Assembly (NCBI GenBank): GCA_002104905.1
Contig: MCFE01000340.1
Location: 27,854 to 91,853, forward strand
Source: Basidiobolus meristosporus CBS 931.73
Taxonomy: Eukaryota; Fungi; Basidiobolomycota
Length of the DNA stretch: 64,000 bases
Reading direction: 5' to 3'
Shown here one piece after another: positions 26,274-39,082 of this stretch (the stretch's first letter is position 1; each line of letters opens with the position of its first letter). The notes below the pieces were generated by a model. That model was given only the letters and a program-made list of their open reading frames with translations, had not been told where the DNA came from and made no database searches. Position numbers and translations under genes: made by a program.

Positions 26274-27173
26274 ATGCATATGGAAAGCGCCAAAGGAAAC
26301 AGTTCACCCGAAACTGGCGATACCCCTCCCACTAGCGAGAACCAAGATGATATTGAAAACAAAACCGACCTGCAAGTGTTAAGAGATATGGTACGAGCGT
26401 TACGTACGACAAGAGCCACCTATGAAGAGTTGTTTGCCGGAGCAGTCACGCTAATACAAGACACAATCAGAGAGGGACGAGACAAGTTACCCACGCCGAT
26501 ACGAAGCATGGAGATACTACCCAAGAAGACCGTGTACCACCTAAGAGGAGGTTCCTTGATCATTAAGGAGAAGGACGCCGCGCTGATTCCCGTATCCATA
26601 CTGGACACAGTCAGACAGAAGACACAAGGAATCAACTGTCGCGCCCTCACGAGACCTCGAGAGCCCCCCTGTTTTGTTGCATACTTGCCATTAATAGGTA
26701 CCACGGTTGTTGAGGTATACGCAGACCTGGTACGAGCTGCAAGAGCACCAGAAGTAGAACTCCCGATCGAAGGACTCCTCCGAGAAATTTGCGAACATCT
26801 CGAACCACATTTCCAAGAAGGAACCATCTTAGAGAAGATACGCGAACGGATTAAATACACCGGCCAGTTAACCCATGCGATCCACCGAGTTGCTGTGTTA
26901 CAACTATTACAGTGGTTTACCATAGGACAACTCAGGAATCAGTACAAAGTCCAACTCCAAGAAGCCGAAAGAAACCGCCGCGGATTCTGTAGAAACCATG
27001 AGGCGAGTACGAAAGCGCCTCGATCGCGCCACAGTTTCTACGGAAGAACTACAATACATCTCGGAAGAAGCAAAAACTCGTTATTGACAACGGGAGACTG
27101 CCGACTGAGTGTACGCCCTCTTCAAAAGGTCCCCCGCCGTCATATTGAACACAAAAAGGACAAGCCCCGATAA
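26274..27173 (+). CDS. Additional sense ORF between integrase and the 3' LTR, function unknown
   Basis: 299-codon ATG-initiated ORF inside the LTR boundaries. No signal peptide or transmembrane stretch is apparent, and the last ~55 codons may be frameshifted. Confidence 0.6.
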   Translation: MHMESAKGNSSPETGDTPPTSENQDDIENKTDLQVLRDMVRALRTTRATYEELFAGAVTLIQDTIREGRDKLPTPIRSMEILPKKTVYHLRGGSLIIKEKDAALIPVSILDTVRQKTQGINCRALTRPREPPCFVAYLPLIGTTVVEVYADLVRAARAPEVELPIEGLLREICEHLEPHFQEGTILEKIRERIKYTGQLTHAIHRVAVLQLLQWFTIGQLRNQYKVQLQEAERNRRGFCRNHEASTKAPRSRHSFYGRTTIHLGRSKNSLLTTGDCRLSVRPLQKVPRRHIEHKKDKPR

Positions 27174-27875
27174 CGTTCGCAAGATAAAGAAGCAAGACTT
27201 TATTGCGCTATTGCACCTTTTCTCGTTCTCCGACCCTCCCAGAGGAACTTACCCAGAACCCTATGGTTTGCCAACTATTTGGCTCTGTGGAAAACATCCC
27301 TCGAGCAACACAGGCCGCACCCCACTCTGCCGCCAAATGGTATCAGGTACTTGCCCGCAATCCCCTCGCAAGTGACAACCAGCAATGGTACTACGGTGAC
27401 TCCCCATGCTCCGTAAACAAAATCAATCCTGGAGAAGCAAGTTAGTCAAAGAACTTCGAGGACAAAGCTCCCACTTAACCCCCGGGATATGTGAGTACTC
27501 AATGTAGTACCCACTCTTTGCCCAAGAGTTCTCCCAAGAGTTCCCTCCAGAGTCCTACCCAAAGTCCTCCAGTACCCTCCCTATGATTCCCCCACGCGTC
27601 CTCCCCTCCTATCCCTGCCCTTATCTAGTTAGAACACTTACCATAACAGGAAGGTGTTCACACCCCTATTTTATAACACATTGTCTATTGTCTAAGCCCC
27701 CCAAGTGATATATATATCTACCCAATTGAACCAGGAAGAACAACAAGATTTGGACAAAATAAGCAGAAGTCTTTATTACCTTGCTACCTTCTATCGGAAG
27801 CTATTCTGAACCAAGTGGTACTGACTTGACCTACAAGCTCTCCCACTCACCAAGTACAGTCAGTAATAACCCACA

Positions 27876-29460
27876 CACTGTACAGTCTTTGACGCACAAC
27901 AACAGTGCCCTAAGATAAAGCCCACCAGAAAACTATCACAGTGTGGGAGGGAGACAATGTGGTGTTTATACCAAACCCTAAAAATCAAAAGACATTGAAG
28001 ATCTGTGAAGCCACTGAGTGCAATAATGAAGAGTGGGCCAATATTCAAGGGGCTGTCAGAAGTCTAGCATGCCATCACCTGCATACCATCAGGCTGGCAT
28101 ACCATGGGACCAGCATGAACTCAAGGCCAAGCTGAATGCACTTGACTTGTTCCATGTAGCATTATTCTGGACTCAAATGGGCAAACAGATTTTGGGCCAG
28201 CATTGGTGTGCTAAGAAAGTATCTTAAGAATAGCAGAAACTATCAAAGGCAGAAGAACAAGGGTGCCATGGCTAAAAACCAGCAGCTTCCTCAAGAGCCC
28301 ATTAAAAGCAGGGTCAAAAGCTCCAGAAAAGTGTCAAAGAGGTATCAGGTAGCTGGAAGAGTGCCAATTAGGGACAAGCAGGCAGACATGGATGCACCAG
28401 CACAACATTTATCAAGGAAAAAGCATAATACCACTCAAGAAGCACCCAGTTAAAGTAGCAGTGAAGGACCTGGCAGTGATAAAAACCAGCCGCTTTTACA
28501 GGAGCTTGTCACAACTATGGTTGAGAGCTCAAAACAAGCAGAAAAGAAATGTCAGGTTGCCAGAAGAGTGCCAGCAAGGGACAAGCAGGCCAAAAGAGAT
28601 GTGTCAGAGCAAAATTTATCAAGGAGAAAATGTAGTTCTTTACAAGAAGCACTGACACAGAGTAGGAGTGAAAGACCTGGCAGTGATAAAGAAAAAGGTA
28701 AAGGGAGAAATGTCTACCAATAGACAAGGCTACAATGTCAAGAGCTAAAAAGACTATCACAATGCCTTTGGTGGAATTTTAGAACATTAGTATGCACACC
28801 AAGAGGTTGCAGCACTTCTTCAAGAGCAGTGCTCAAGGAAATGCACTTGAAATATTGTAACAACTTATTGCTAAGACTGGCAGATGAGGTGCTAGACCTT
28901 GCTGTGCTGGCTGCAGATCTGGATGTATGGGAACCAGTGAATATACAGTGGCGTAAAGCCCTAGGGTTCTGGCCAAAGTTGTTGAAGCAGAGTGTTACAG
29001 CAGAAATGCATATTGAGTGGTGGATTTCAATGGAGTTACTTTTGAGTGGTGGATTTTAATAGAGTTACTTGTTGAGTGTGAGGCTGGACTTAATGTTACT
29101 GCAGGGTATAGGGACTTGTATAGGTCAATACAATTGGCAATTGAGGTACAATTGAAGTTTCAATGGAAAAAAATTGATTTGTAAGCATGAAAAGTAACAT
29201 AAATGGTTGAGTCTGGAAGTAAGGAGTGTGAAAAAGAGGCAATAGCCAATCAATGCACACAAATGTAGGAGGTGATAGAGTGTCTGGGATCAGAAAGTGA
29301 GCAAACTGGCAGGGAACTAATCAAAAGCCACTTATACATTGTTGTGATGAAAAATTTTGACTAAGTTTTCTGTGAAATCTGGGGTGCAATAATTTTTCAA
29401 TGGTCTCTGGACAGTGTCCTGACAGGATCAATACCTCTTAGTCACAGGACTTTAACTTGG
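27876..29460. repeat. Degenerate dispersed repeat X, copy 2
   Basis: Colinear with copies 1 and 3 and begins directly at the right LTR of the young Ty3. Boundaries approximate. Confidence 0.7.
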
Positions 29461-32400
29461 CAACCAGTAGCAATAAGTCCTCAAGCTCCCATCACTGATA
29501 TTGATGGAAGAACACCACTTTACTAGCCACAACATTGCATCATTCACCAGTAAATGGATCACTGGGCTGACATGGCTCTATAAAGTATCCTTGGTATTTT
29601 TTAACTAGTGTGGTCTCATTGTATACTAGGATTTTGGGGGGCTTGAGAGGGGCCTGTGTGATGGGACTTAAAGTCACAATCTATCAGTGATCCTTCTATC
29701 TCAGAGCTATCATTGTATACTCCGTATTCAGAAGGCTAAGGTGGGCCAAAAGGTGTCACAAACTCACCTGACTCAGCTAGTTTAAGGTGACAAGTATAGC
29801 TAGGTACTGTCATAGAAGTATCAAGAGTCTGGCAAGATATTGTTGGTACAATAGTGACTGATGGATGCTCAAATATGACTTATGTGGCAAAACACTGGCC
29901 ATGATCCTTGTGATACCTCCTATCTCATCTGCATGCTTAATGGCTGAGAGGCTTGTTAAAATAGCTACATGGGCTTTCTTCTCTGCTATTACAGTGTTAA
30001 ATCAAGGTAGTCTGGTCCATGAAGCAAGCAGCCTGATACTCAACAACATAATACTACTATGGCACCTTCTGGGTAATACTGGTATGAACTTAATGCAGTC
30101 CTGCATTTGAGACATTAAGCCTGCAAGAATGTAAGATTTGATGATGACCCATCAATACAAGCTTAATTAATAAAGCGGTGGCACCTCATACATACATATA
30201 TTTAACACTATTCCCATATAGCTTGACTCACTTCCACATGTATGCTGCCAAATAAAAACAAAGTTGTCTGGTTCCTAACCAAGCTGCACTGCAGACAGCA
30301 GCAGAAGAATGGTTGGACAACAGCTTGCTCTGACATACTCTGCAACAAGTGGGGCTACATCCACAAAGGACATGTTAATAGTGTGCCCACTGAAGGTAAT
30401 ACTGTGGACTCCTCAAGCTCTCAGTCAAATAGTCAATTAAGAATCTCTGCCCTGCTGCAAGCTAATCATTATGCTCAGGCAGATAAAAATTCAGCAAATG
30501 CAGTACCTTTGGTGGAACACCAGCAAATGACTGTCATAACATCTCCACCACCAGTAGTAGTAAACTTGTTGCCAGCTCATACCAAAGCATCAATGAACCA
30601 ATCAGGTGCAGTGGCTGATAGGATAGATGCAATGGCCTAGAAAAATCCATAAATAGTCCAGAGACAGGATGAGCAGTTAATACATGTAGAACAGTCAATA
30701 CCTCAGGTAAAGAACACAGTCACTTTGTTGCAAAGAAGGAACATAAGTGGCTCAATGTCACAGACCAAATTGAGCCATTTCCTTAACTTTGCAGCAGAGC
30801 AATAACATAAAGTGTTTGAAGCACAACAACTGCGCCCAAAGAACAGCCCACTGAGCAATCCATCACATCATTGCAGGGAGAGACTCCAATATATATACCC
30901 AAGCCAAAAAATCCAGAGACACTGAAGATTTGTGAAGCTGCTGAGTGTAATGATGAAGTGTGGGCTAATATGAAGAAGCCGCAAGAATTCTAGCACAGCG
31001 TCACCTTAAGGCTGGGATACCATGGGACCAACAGGAACTGAAAGGCAGGCTGAATGTGCTTGATCTGTTTCATGAGCATTATCCTGGATTCAAGCAAGCA
31101 AACAGATTTTGGGCTAGCATTGGTATGGTATGAAAGTATCTCAAGAATAGCAGAAACTATCAAAGGCAGAAGAACAAGGGTGTTATGGATAAAAATCAGC
31201 AGCTTTCTCAAGAGCTTGTCACAAGCAGGGCTGCAAGCACCAAATAAGTGGCAAAGAAATGTCAGGAAGCCAGAGGAGTGCTGGTAAGGGACAAGCAGGA
31301 AGATATAGATGTGCCAGTACCACATATATCAAGGAGAAAAAATAGTACTACACAAGCAGCACTTGGTCAGAGTAGGAGTGAAAGACCTGCCAGTGATAAA
31401 GGCAAAGGTAAAGGGGAAAGAGCCTACCCAATTTAGAAACAAGGAAGCACAAGAAAAAAGCTGCAGTTCTCACCAATTAATGCTGCCAGCCTGGAACATG
31501 CTGAATCTCATAATAGCCAAGTGGAACTACCAAGAAAGCAACAGCTATTGCAAAATGGTGGGAAGCATAGCCAGTCAAGTTGAACTTCAGTGATGTAGAT
31601 GAGTTTGCAGAGAAAGGCAATTTGTTGACCACAGCCTGCATATCCTCCATTTTGGATTGAGTGGAGATCCCACTGACTGACAAAGCAATAATACCAAGAG
31701 CTCAAAAGACTACTGCAATGCCTACAGTGGAGTTTTAGAGCATCAATTGGCACACCAAGAGGTTGCAGCACTTCTTCATGAGCAATGCCCAAGAATACAC
31801 ACATGAATATTGTAGGGATTTATTGTAATGACTGGCAGATGAGATTCCAGACCTTGCAGTGCCAGCTAAAGACCAGGATGTATGGGAACCAGTGAGTGAA
31901 CAATGGCTTAAAGCCATAGGGTTTCTGCCAAAGTCATAGAACAAGAGTGCTATAGAAGAAATACTTATTTAATGGTGGACTTTAATGGAGTTACTTGTTG
32001 AGTGTGGGGTTGGACTTAATGTTAGTGTTGGGTATAGGGACTTGTATAGGTCAGTACAATTGGCCATTGAGCTACAACTGAAGTTTTAACACAAATAAAC
32101 CTATTCATATGCATGAAAAGTAAGTGCATAGGTTGAGTCAGGAAGTAATGAGTGCAAAGAAGAGACACTAGCCAATCAATGTACACAAATGTAGGGGGTG
32201 ATTGAGTGTCTGGGATCAGAAAGTGAGAGAATTGGCATAGAACCAATCAAAAGCCACTTATGTATTGTTGTGATGAAATTTTTTAACCAAGTTTTCTATG
32301 AAATCTGGGGGTTGACTTTTTTAATGGTCTTTGTGTGGTGACCTGATGGGATCAATATCCCTTAGTCATAGGATGTTAATTTTGAGACTGCTTTCTGACA

Positions 32401-32900
32401 TGATCATCATAATTATATATCATATGCAGTGAATATGGGAGCCTGTGAACACATCATGGCATAAAGCTATAGGGATCCTGTCAAGGAGATTCAAGATGGA
32501 TGTTAAGCTGGAGGAACTCCTTGAGATGCAAGCTGTATGGAGCTACTAGCTGAGAGTGGCCCTTGGATCAGTATTAGTGAGCTGTACAAGGGATAGACTA
32601 GTTTGGTGTAAGCCACAGTAGAGGTGTGTTTGGGTATTCACCTCAAATAGACCAGTCATAATACAGCAAAGGTAGGAGCACTGATAGATTCAATGGGTAA
32701 GGCTGTGGCCAGGTTTTCATGAATATTTGTGGTGCAATTCTGTTATGATGGCCTTGTAATGTGCTCTGATAGTTTCACTACATCTTAGTCATGGGAACTC
32801 AGCTTTGTGATGGCTTTTAGACAGGTTATTGTAGTTCTTTTTGTGCAGATAGTACACCTACTGAGTGTATTTCCTGGCCCCCCTTTCTGTAACTCAAAAC
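29460..32900. mobile_element. Decayed LTR-retrotransposon tract including gag-like remnants and repeat X copy 3 (about 30810-32390)
   Basis: Almost no CpG. A gag-like remnant 'KVVWFLTKL...AAEEWLD' spans frames near 30250-30320, and there are repeat X homology blocks. Confidence 0.55.
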
Positions 32901-35224
32901 CCGTAAGTTCGCATCTCCACCGGTCACTCCAAATCCACAGCCGGGTGGCTAGCGGTGGTTGTCCATCGAGATGGTATCAAATCGGGGACATTTTTTAGAA
33001 ACGCTGGCTAAAAAAGGCCTCTTCCCTACGAATCACCCACAACCCACTTGGTCTCGTCCTATCGCCACTGCTGGTCATCGGCCATCCAGCATCCCTAATG
33101 AACCAAAGCGTGCACACGTCCCAGTAGCTAAGGTAGAACCCTCCCCTCCCCCGCATCGATCGCTCCGAACGAACGATCCCGAAGACGATTAGGAGATTTC
33201 CCAACGGTCAGCCACTGGATCGATCGAGACCTTGGAAGTGTGCAACGGACATTTCCATTGGGCAGGTGCCAAGTCGGACATAATAAAACCCCACATCTCT
33301 GAGCTGGCCAGAGTAAGGATGGTATTGGACCGACACCTTACATAGAAGGTGCCCACTCGAACCAGCCAGCTGCAATGGCATTTCACGAGCGGCATTACTT
33401 GGGGCCAGTCCAATGGCCAACAAGAGCAATACGCTCGAATCACCTAATATCCGCTCACAGCATGCTAAGCCGGCCACGGTTGCATACGCCCATATGTAGA
33501 GATCCAACCAGGTAGCTAGCTGGTGGGATCGATGAAGCAGTCAATCCACCGGGGATTACTTGGATCCTAGCTCGAGGGGCCCCTTTTCCTCGGAGCACCC
33601 GCACCAAAATCAGGTGTGCATAGGTGTGGGCCAAATATCATGGTGCAAGGAGTGCTCGCGCTTAGGGTAGGCCAGCAAGTCGGGGTGTAAAGCTAAAATT
33701 CTGAACCGCTCACTCCCTCCAATCCCAGATTGAATGTAAAAAGACCGGCAGACAATTAGTACGCACCAACTTTCCCCCCCCCAACCCTCTGATGACACAG
33801 CTACCCGCTCTCCAACCGCATTGGCGGTGTGTTGGGGGTGGGATTTACCGACTACGCCAGAGAAGGCATCTGGCACAAGTGAGTTGTCGGGACTGAACAG
33901 TCTAGAAAGAGAGTGATGTGACTCACTCGAGATGCGCGGCTGATAGTGGGATGTGGGATGTGGGATATGTGGTATTGGTGTATTTCCAGACTACGCAGGT
34001 GGATTAGATCCATACGAGAGGCAGGGGGTCGAACCAACGATTTCCCGCCTAGGCGATATGCAGAAACGGCCGCGCACCACAATGGCGTCCAACTTATTTG
34101 CGTGTATCTCTGAAGGCGGCAACCACCATAGAATCCGTCCAATCAGTGGCTTCGTCTGGCTCAGACATATGCAGCACCATTTCATTCGCGAGCGACGAGA
34201 TCGACCAATTCTCACCGAAGTTGGGGGCCATGGATGCAGGGCGCTACGATAACGTCAACCTGACGAAGATTGGCGAGTGATGGCTGTGGGGGGGGGAGGG
34301 AAGATGTTTCAGGACAGGCGAAATTTTCGGCATGCCCTTGTCTGCCTCCCGCCCCAGCAGATGTCAGACAACCGAAAGAACGTTAAGCATGCATTGTTCT
34401 CAAGGTTTCAGCTTGATGAGCTTAAAATTCGGATTTGCATCAGAAATTGAATTTCTGATGGGTGGCACTGGAGTTATTCGGTCGCACAAAGGACCATTGA
34501 GTACACACGCCGCACCGCTACTGCTACCGGCCCTCGGACGCAACTTCCTGCTGGAAGTACAATGTATCCAGATCCGGAAATAGGCAGGTATTTCTGGCCC
34601 ACCTGAAGCCTCGTGTCCTCAAAATAGAGGAGGAGCGGCACCCAAAACGAATGGGCATCCCCGATTCCCATAAATGGCATAGGTGAACCCTGGTGATTGC
34701 TCGCTACCCCATTGACAGCCACGAACTCCAGATCACTCCAATGGACCGAGGGACGGAAAAATATTTCTAGGCCGGGAGAGCATGACTGGCTATCTTGATC
34801 CAGGCTTCATCCCCACCGCCCCCTTTTTCCAGCCATCTCATTGAAGCATCCCCCCCTGCCGCCACACGTGGGTTGGTCTCTCTTGAGGAATGGTTGAGCT
34901 GTAGTGCGTTCGGCTCGGATCAATCGAAGACCTCGCAGATAACGTACGCGGTTGGGTTCACGCCTACCGCCTCTCCCGAGCCAACCCACACTGCTCCAGC
35001 ATCCATGAGACCAGGAACATCTCATTAGCCGCGGGATCTTGGCATGGAGTCGGCTGCTCAGGAGGGAATCCAGTAAGAATCATCCGGAGATGAGCCGCAC
35101 CTCCCAATCAACCCCCACCTGACAAGGGGGCCGGCTGGTGATCCCTGCCATTACCGTTACGTGGTTACCGTTTCAGGAGGGATGCGGGAAAGGGGAGAAC
35201 CGTTTTGGGGATTTATTTGATCTT

Positions 35225-35434
35225 GGATTCTGGCCCTGGGGGATCTAACCCTAAGTATCACCCTGCGTTGATGAGCTTTTCCCGACTCGGTATGGGATTT
35301 ATCCGAGGTCGGTTTACTCGGTCGAGAAAATTACGTGGGAGTGCAGTGGGGGAGGGGGGAGGGGGAGGGGGAGGGGGAGAGGGGAGGGAAGTCCGAACAG
35401 GGATGAGGATTAAGCATGGCCCAGGGTTGGATCC
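35225..35434 (+). ncRNA. Speculative telomerase-RNA-like template core
   Basis: CTAACCCTAA at 35245-35254 is enclosed by a potential ~15-bp helix (35225-35240 with 35420-35434). A canonical pseudoknot was not convincingly identified. Confidence 0.2.
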
Positions 35435-36049
35435 CTCGGGAACTCTTTGGATGATGCGCCCAGAGGCGACTATTGATGGCTTCAAGTGGGATGGTTACGG
35501 GCGCAGATTGAAGAGGGCGACCGCCTCGCTAGTTGCGTGGCCAACTAACCGAGGGTTGAAAAAGCCGACCTAACGTCTCTATGGTGGAAGACCTGGTGTA
35601 AGTTTTCGGGGTCTTTAATGCCTAGGCCAAGCCAAAATTCATGCGACAGGTGTGATGCATCAATGGTAGGGAATTTAAATACGGCTAGTAACCCAGATAT
35701 GGAAGAGTGGGGGAGCCATGGTTCGAGCGGGAAGGTGGATAGGGGGCCTTCGTGATCAACCACGCGCTCATCCGTTCAATGATGTGCAAGAGATCCATCG
35801 GTACCTAGGCTCACAAGGGTTCCCAAGGGAAGGCAGTAATATTCTAGTAGACAGAGATTGTGAAATACTACAATGAGGGGAAACGATTTAATTTGGGGGA
35901 GAATAAAGGGGAAAGTATTGCAAAGGAAGATGCCAGCACCACGTAAATCGCTGATGACTCAAGTGACCGTGTGTCGTGATGAAGAGGACAGTGAATGCTA
36001 CGGGGAAGCATCCATATAACTAAATACAACAAGGGGTGAACAGCATTTC

Positions 36050-38393
36050 TCAAGAGTTCAGTCTCTGCATGGTACTTTCAATGTCTTTCAAGATCCCCAG
36101 GTACCTAAAGCACTGGGCCCATTGCGCTTTTAGTTTGTCCATGGCACTGTAGTTGATGTCAAGGCACTGCTTGGCCGTTGTGCTGATTCGTTGATCTTTC
36201 GAGAACATATTCTTAACATGAATCCCGGCCGAGATGTATGTGATTAATGGTATGCTAGAGTGTACAAAGTACTCGGGTGTGGCTTGGATCTTGCTAAGGA
36301 TTTCGGTGATTCCGTTGGCGGAGGATATACAGCGATCGAAGGAAGAATTGGCAAATGTAAGGGACACCGGGAAGGTCGGGCCCGAGTCGGTACATCCAAT
36401 GTTGGATCGATGCAAGGTGATTAGGGCTGCGTAATACATCAGCCGTATCCATACAGCAAATCTTCCGTTGAGCCCGGGTGGCAAGGGATCGCCCGGGCCA
36501 AACTGAAACTTGGTGGGCAACGAAATATTCCATGAAACCAACGCGGCATCCAGAATGGCGAATTCGGCGTGCAAACTGGAGGGAGATCCACGGGATAACT
36601 TCAGCCGGTTTTGGAATTGGTATACACGCCCCATAATGGTAGTCAGGGTTACGAGATAGGCCAGGCCGCCTGGTGAGGATGAGCCAGGATCCGGATGGTA
36701 ATGGCTGTCCATTGCAGACGCCTGCTCACTACCAAGCTCCCAAGCGCGATCGTCGGAAGGAAGGATAACTTCGCATTCGTTCTCATCAATCACAGTTTGC
36801 CGGCCTGTTCCAATGGATATGATCCGCTCTAAGGCGTACAGAGACCACCATATCCTTCGGCATGTCTCCTTCTCCATCCAGCTGAATTCTTGGAAAACAT
36901 CGATGTCCGTCGCCTTCTCGTCCACGCGGTTCATGCCTATTTCTTGTGCCATCCTTTGAATGCCTCGTTAGCCACCGGCAAAAACACCTCCAGTCATGGA
37001 GAATCACTTACCTCGTCGCCATCCCTGGTTCCAAGGAAAGAACGATCAAAGAAACCTGCGTTTAGTGGCGATTCGTAGGAGAGCTAGAAGAAACAGGTCA
37101 CCTACCGGAATACAGCCAACCTCCGGACCCATGGCCACTGCCATACGCGTGAAGCGCCAGCAAAAATAGTGCTTGAACGTTGGAGATGGTGTGATCGTCG
37201 CAATACTGTCCCATGATTGATTTGGCCCTATTCGCAAAATAATCCCCGGCGGCAAAAGTATGCTTCGAATCAAGATTCCCGGGGTTGACATACCGAGCGG
37301 CAACTGCGTAGACGCAGTTTAGCAACAACTCCGATTGTCTTCCGCTTTCAAGATCCCGCATGAATTTCACCTGGTTCACAATTGGGTATTGGGGGTACAC
37401 CAGGTCAAAGTAGGCATTGATCAACCGCTCGGAGATCTCCGGATACGCTAGAGGCCTTGTAGGGCCTGCATCATATGGGTTGTTGCTGGTTGGCGTGTAT
37501 CCTTCGTCTTTAATGAATGTCCGCACCCGGTTATCGCTCACCCACGAGCGGGTGACAAGATTCACGAGAGTTTCAAAATTATCGCCGGTTGACACTGTGG
37601 CCTGCGGTATGTAGGGGTTGGAGTTGGTACTTGACGACAATACGCCAACCAGAACACTTTGCTTCTGGAGGGGCGCCTCGTTTCCATTCGAGTTGCCGTA
37701 GTGTTCGTTGTGAAGAATGGTGCCGCTGGCGTATCCAGCATTGGCTGGGTGAACTGAAGGACTGGTGGCGCCCAGTTTGGGGGAAACGGGCTCCGTCCGG
37801 GAGGGGTACTCCATATCCATCTCCCTCGAATATTGGCTAGGTGTATGGTCGTTGATGACTGTGGCAAGATATGATGAAGTAGATACAGATGAGTTTGTTT
37901 GAGGGGGGGCGTTTGGGGGTTGTGATTGAGTTTGAACTTGAACTTGGGCGGCTGTGGTTGGCGGTGACCTAGAACTAGAAGCCTCCGGGGACTCTGATCT
38001 GCCACTCCCTTCGGAATCAATATCTTGCATATCATATTCGGCCTTGCCCTCCATTTCGCTCGCTCCCTCTCCTTCGTTTGGCTTTAAGGGCTCTAGCAAT
38101 TTTTCCATCATATCCAGGCGTTTTTCTAGCTTCTCGATGTACCCTTGCCGAGGGCCACGTTTGTTGGTGCTCGGCACATAAGTACACTCAATGTTACGTC
38201 TAGCACAGTTGGCGCACGCTGGTTTACCTCCATCGCAACGCACCTTTTTCTTACGACAGCCTTCGCAAGCTTGGGTGAGTCTTTTTCTCTTAGTTAGCTT
38301 TGAAAAGTCGGTGACTTGGGGACTTGGGAAAGGGTTAATGTGGTTTAAACGGTTCATTTTCTCACCATGATAAGGGGTTTCCCCGGAGAACAT
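36050..38393 (-). CDS. Zn(II)2Cys6 transcription factor with fungal-specific middle homology domain
   Basis: 'ACEGCRKKKVRCDGGKPACANCARRNIECTY' and 'WLYSGMATRMAQEIGMNR...RRIWWSLYALER'. Exons 38393 (or 38357)-37106, 37024-37012 (13 nt) and 36953-36050. Confidence 0.93.
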
Positions 38394-39034
38394 TCAGTGG
38401 ATAGTAATGCTATGGAAAGTCACTGTCGAAGCGTATCGAAGGACTAGAGGGGGGTCTGTGGAAAATGCAAACTTCTACACTAACGTTGGGGCTGTACGGA
38501 TTAGTAGGAGATAGGCTGGAACCGGTGACTTGGAACTGGCTGCGAATATATCGTTCGGCTATGAAGTTGGTCAAGATAAAACGGAGAAGAAAGAGGATGC
38601 GAAACAATATGCGCGATCAGAGTGAAGAAGCCCGATATGAATGCGACTGATAGTTGAAGGAAAATTAAGCGAGATTAGGGACTGACATCATATGTGTGGG
38701 GAGAATCCAAGATTCGCAAATGAACAAAAAATAGGCCCAATCTGTGTAATCGTTGAAAAGATTCCGATCCCGCAGCTCAGCGAAATTATCAGAGTTGGTT
38801 CGTCCTCAAGTAGGACAAAACCAATTTCCATGGACTGAATTAGTAACACTATTTCTATTGAGGTAGGGGATAAATGTACGGAATGGGAAATGCAGTTCCG
38901 ATAGAGCAGGAAGCCGACAACTTGATTTGACCATGTAACCGAAGTCAATGTGTCATCCAAATGAGTCCAAGGCGGCCCTCTGCCATTATGGAGGAAAACA
39001 ACCGCATCTCGGATTATCCAGCGCTCGTTGCGAG

Positions 39035-39037
<3 letters not shown>

Positions 39038-39080
<43 letters not shown>
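39038..39080. repeat. (GA)n microsatellite, about 21 units, upstream of the Zn2Cys6 gene
   Basis: Directly visible. Confidence 0.95.

Positions 39081-39082
<2 letters not shown>

Larger units (their letters stand above)
21101..27875 (+). mobile_element. Young full-length Ty3/gypsy LTR retrotransposon, inactivated
   Basis: Two 386-bp TG...CA LTRs (21101-21486 and 27490-27875) differ at about 3 sites. It carries gag with a CCHC knuckle (CYVCGEVGHRAHEC), protease (LIDTGS), RT (YLDD), RNase H, integrase and an extra 3' ORF. Confidence 0.97.

Noticed and set aside
26274-27173. Extra Ty3 ORF as an envelope gene
   Set aside because: No signal peptide, transmembrane anchor or fusion/cleavage motif is apparent.
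15900-32900. Classical ascomycete RIP as the cause of repeat decay
   Set aside because: The depleted dinucleotide is CpG. CpA/TpG remain abundant, unlike Neurospora-type RIP.
35258-35485. Poly-proline minus-strand ORF as a formin/WASP-like exon
   Set aside because: It is short, and no flanking exons or domains could be linked. It is kept only as an alternative explanation for the G-rich tract.
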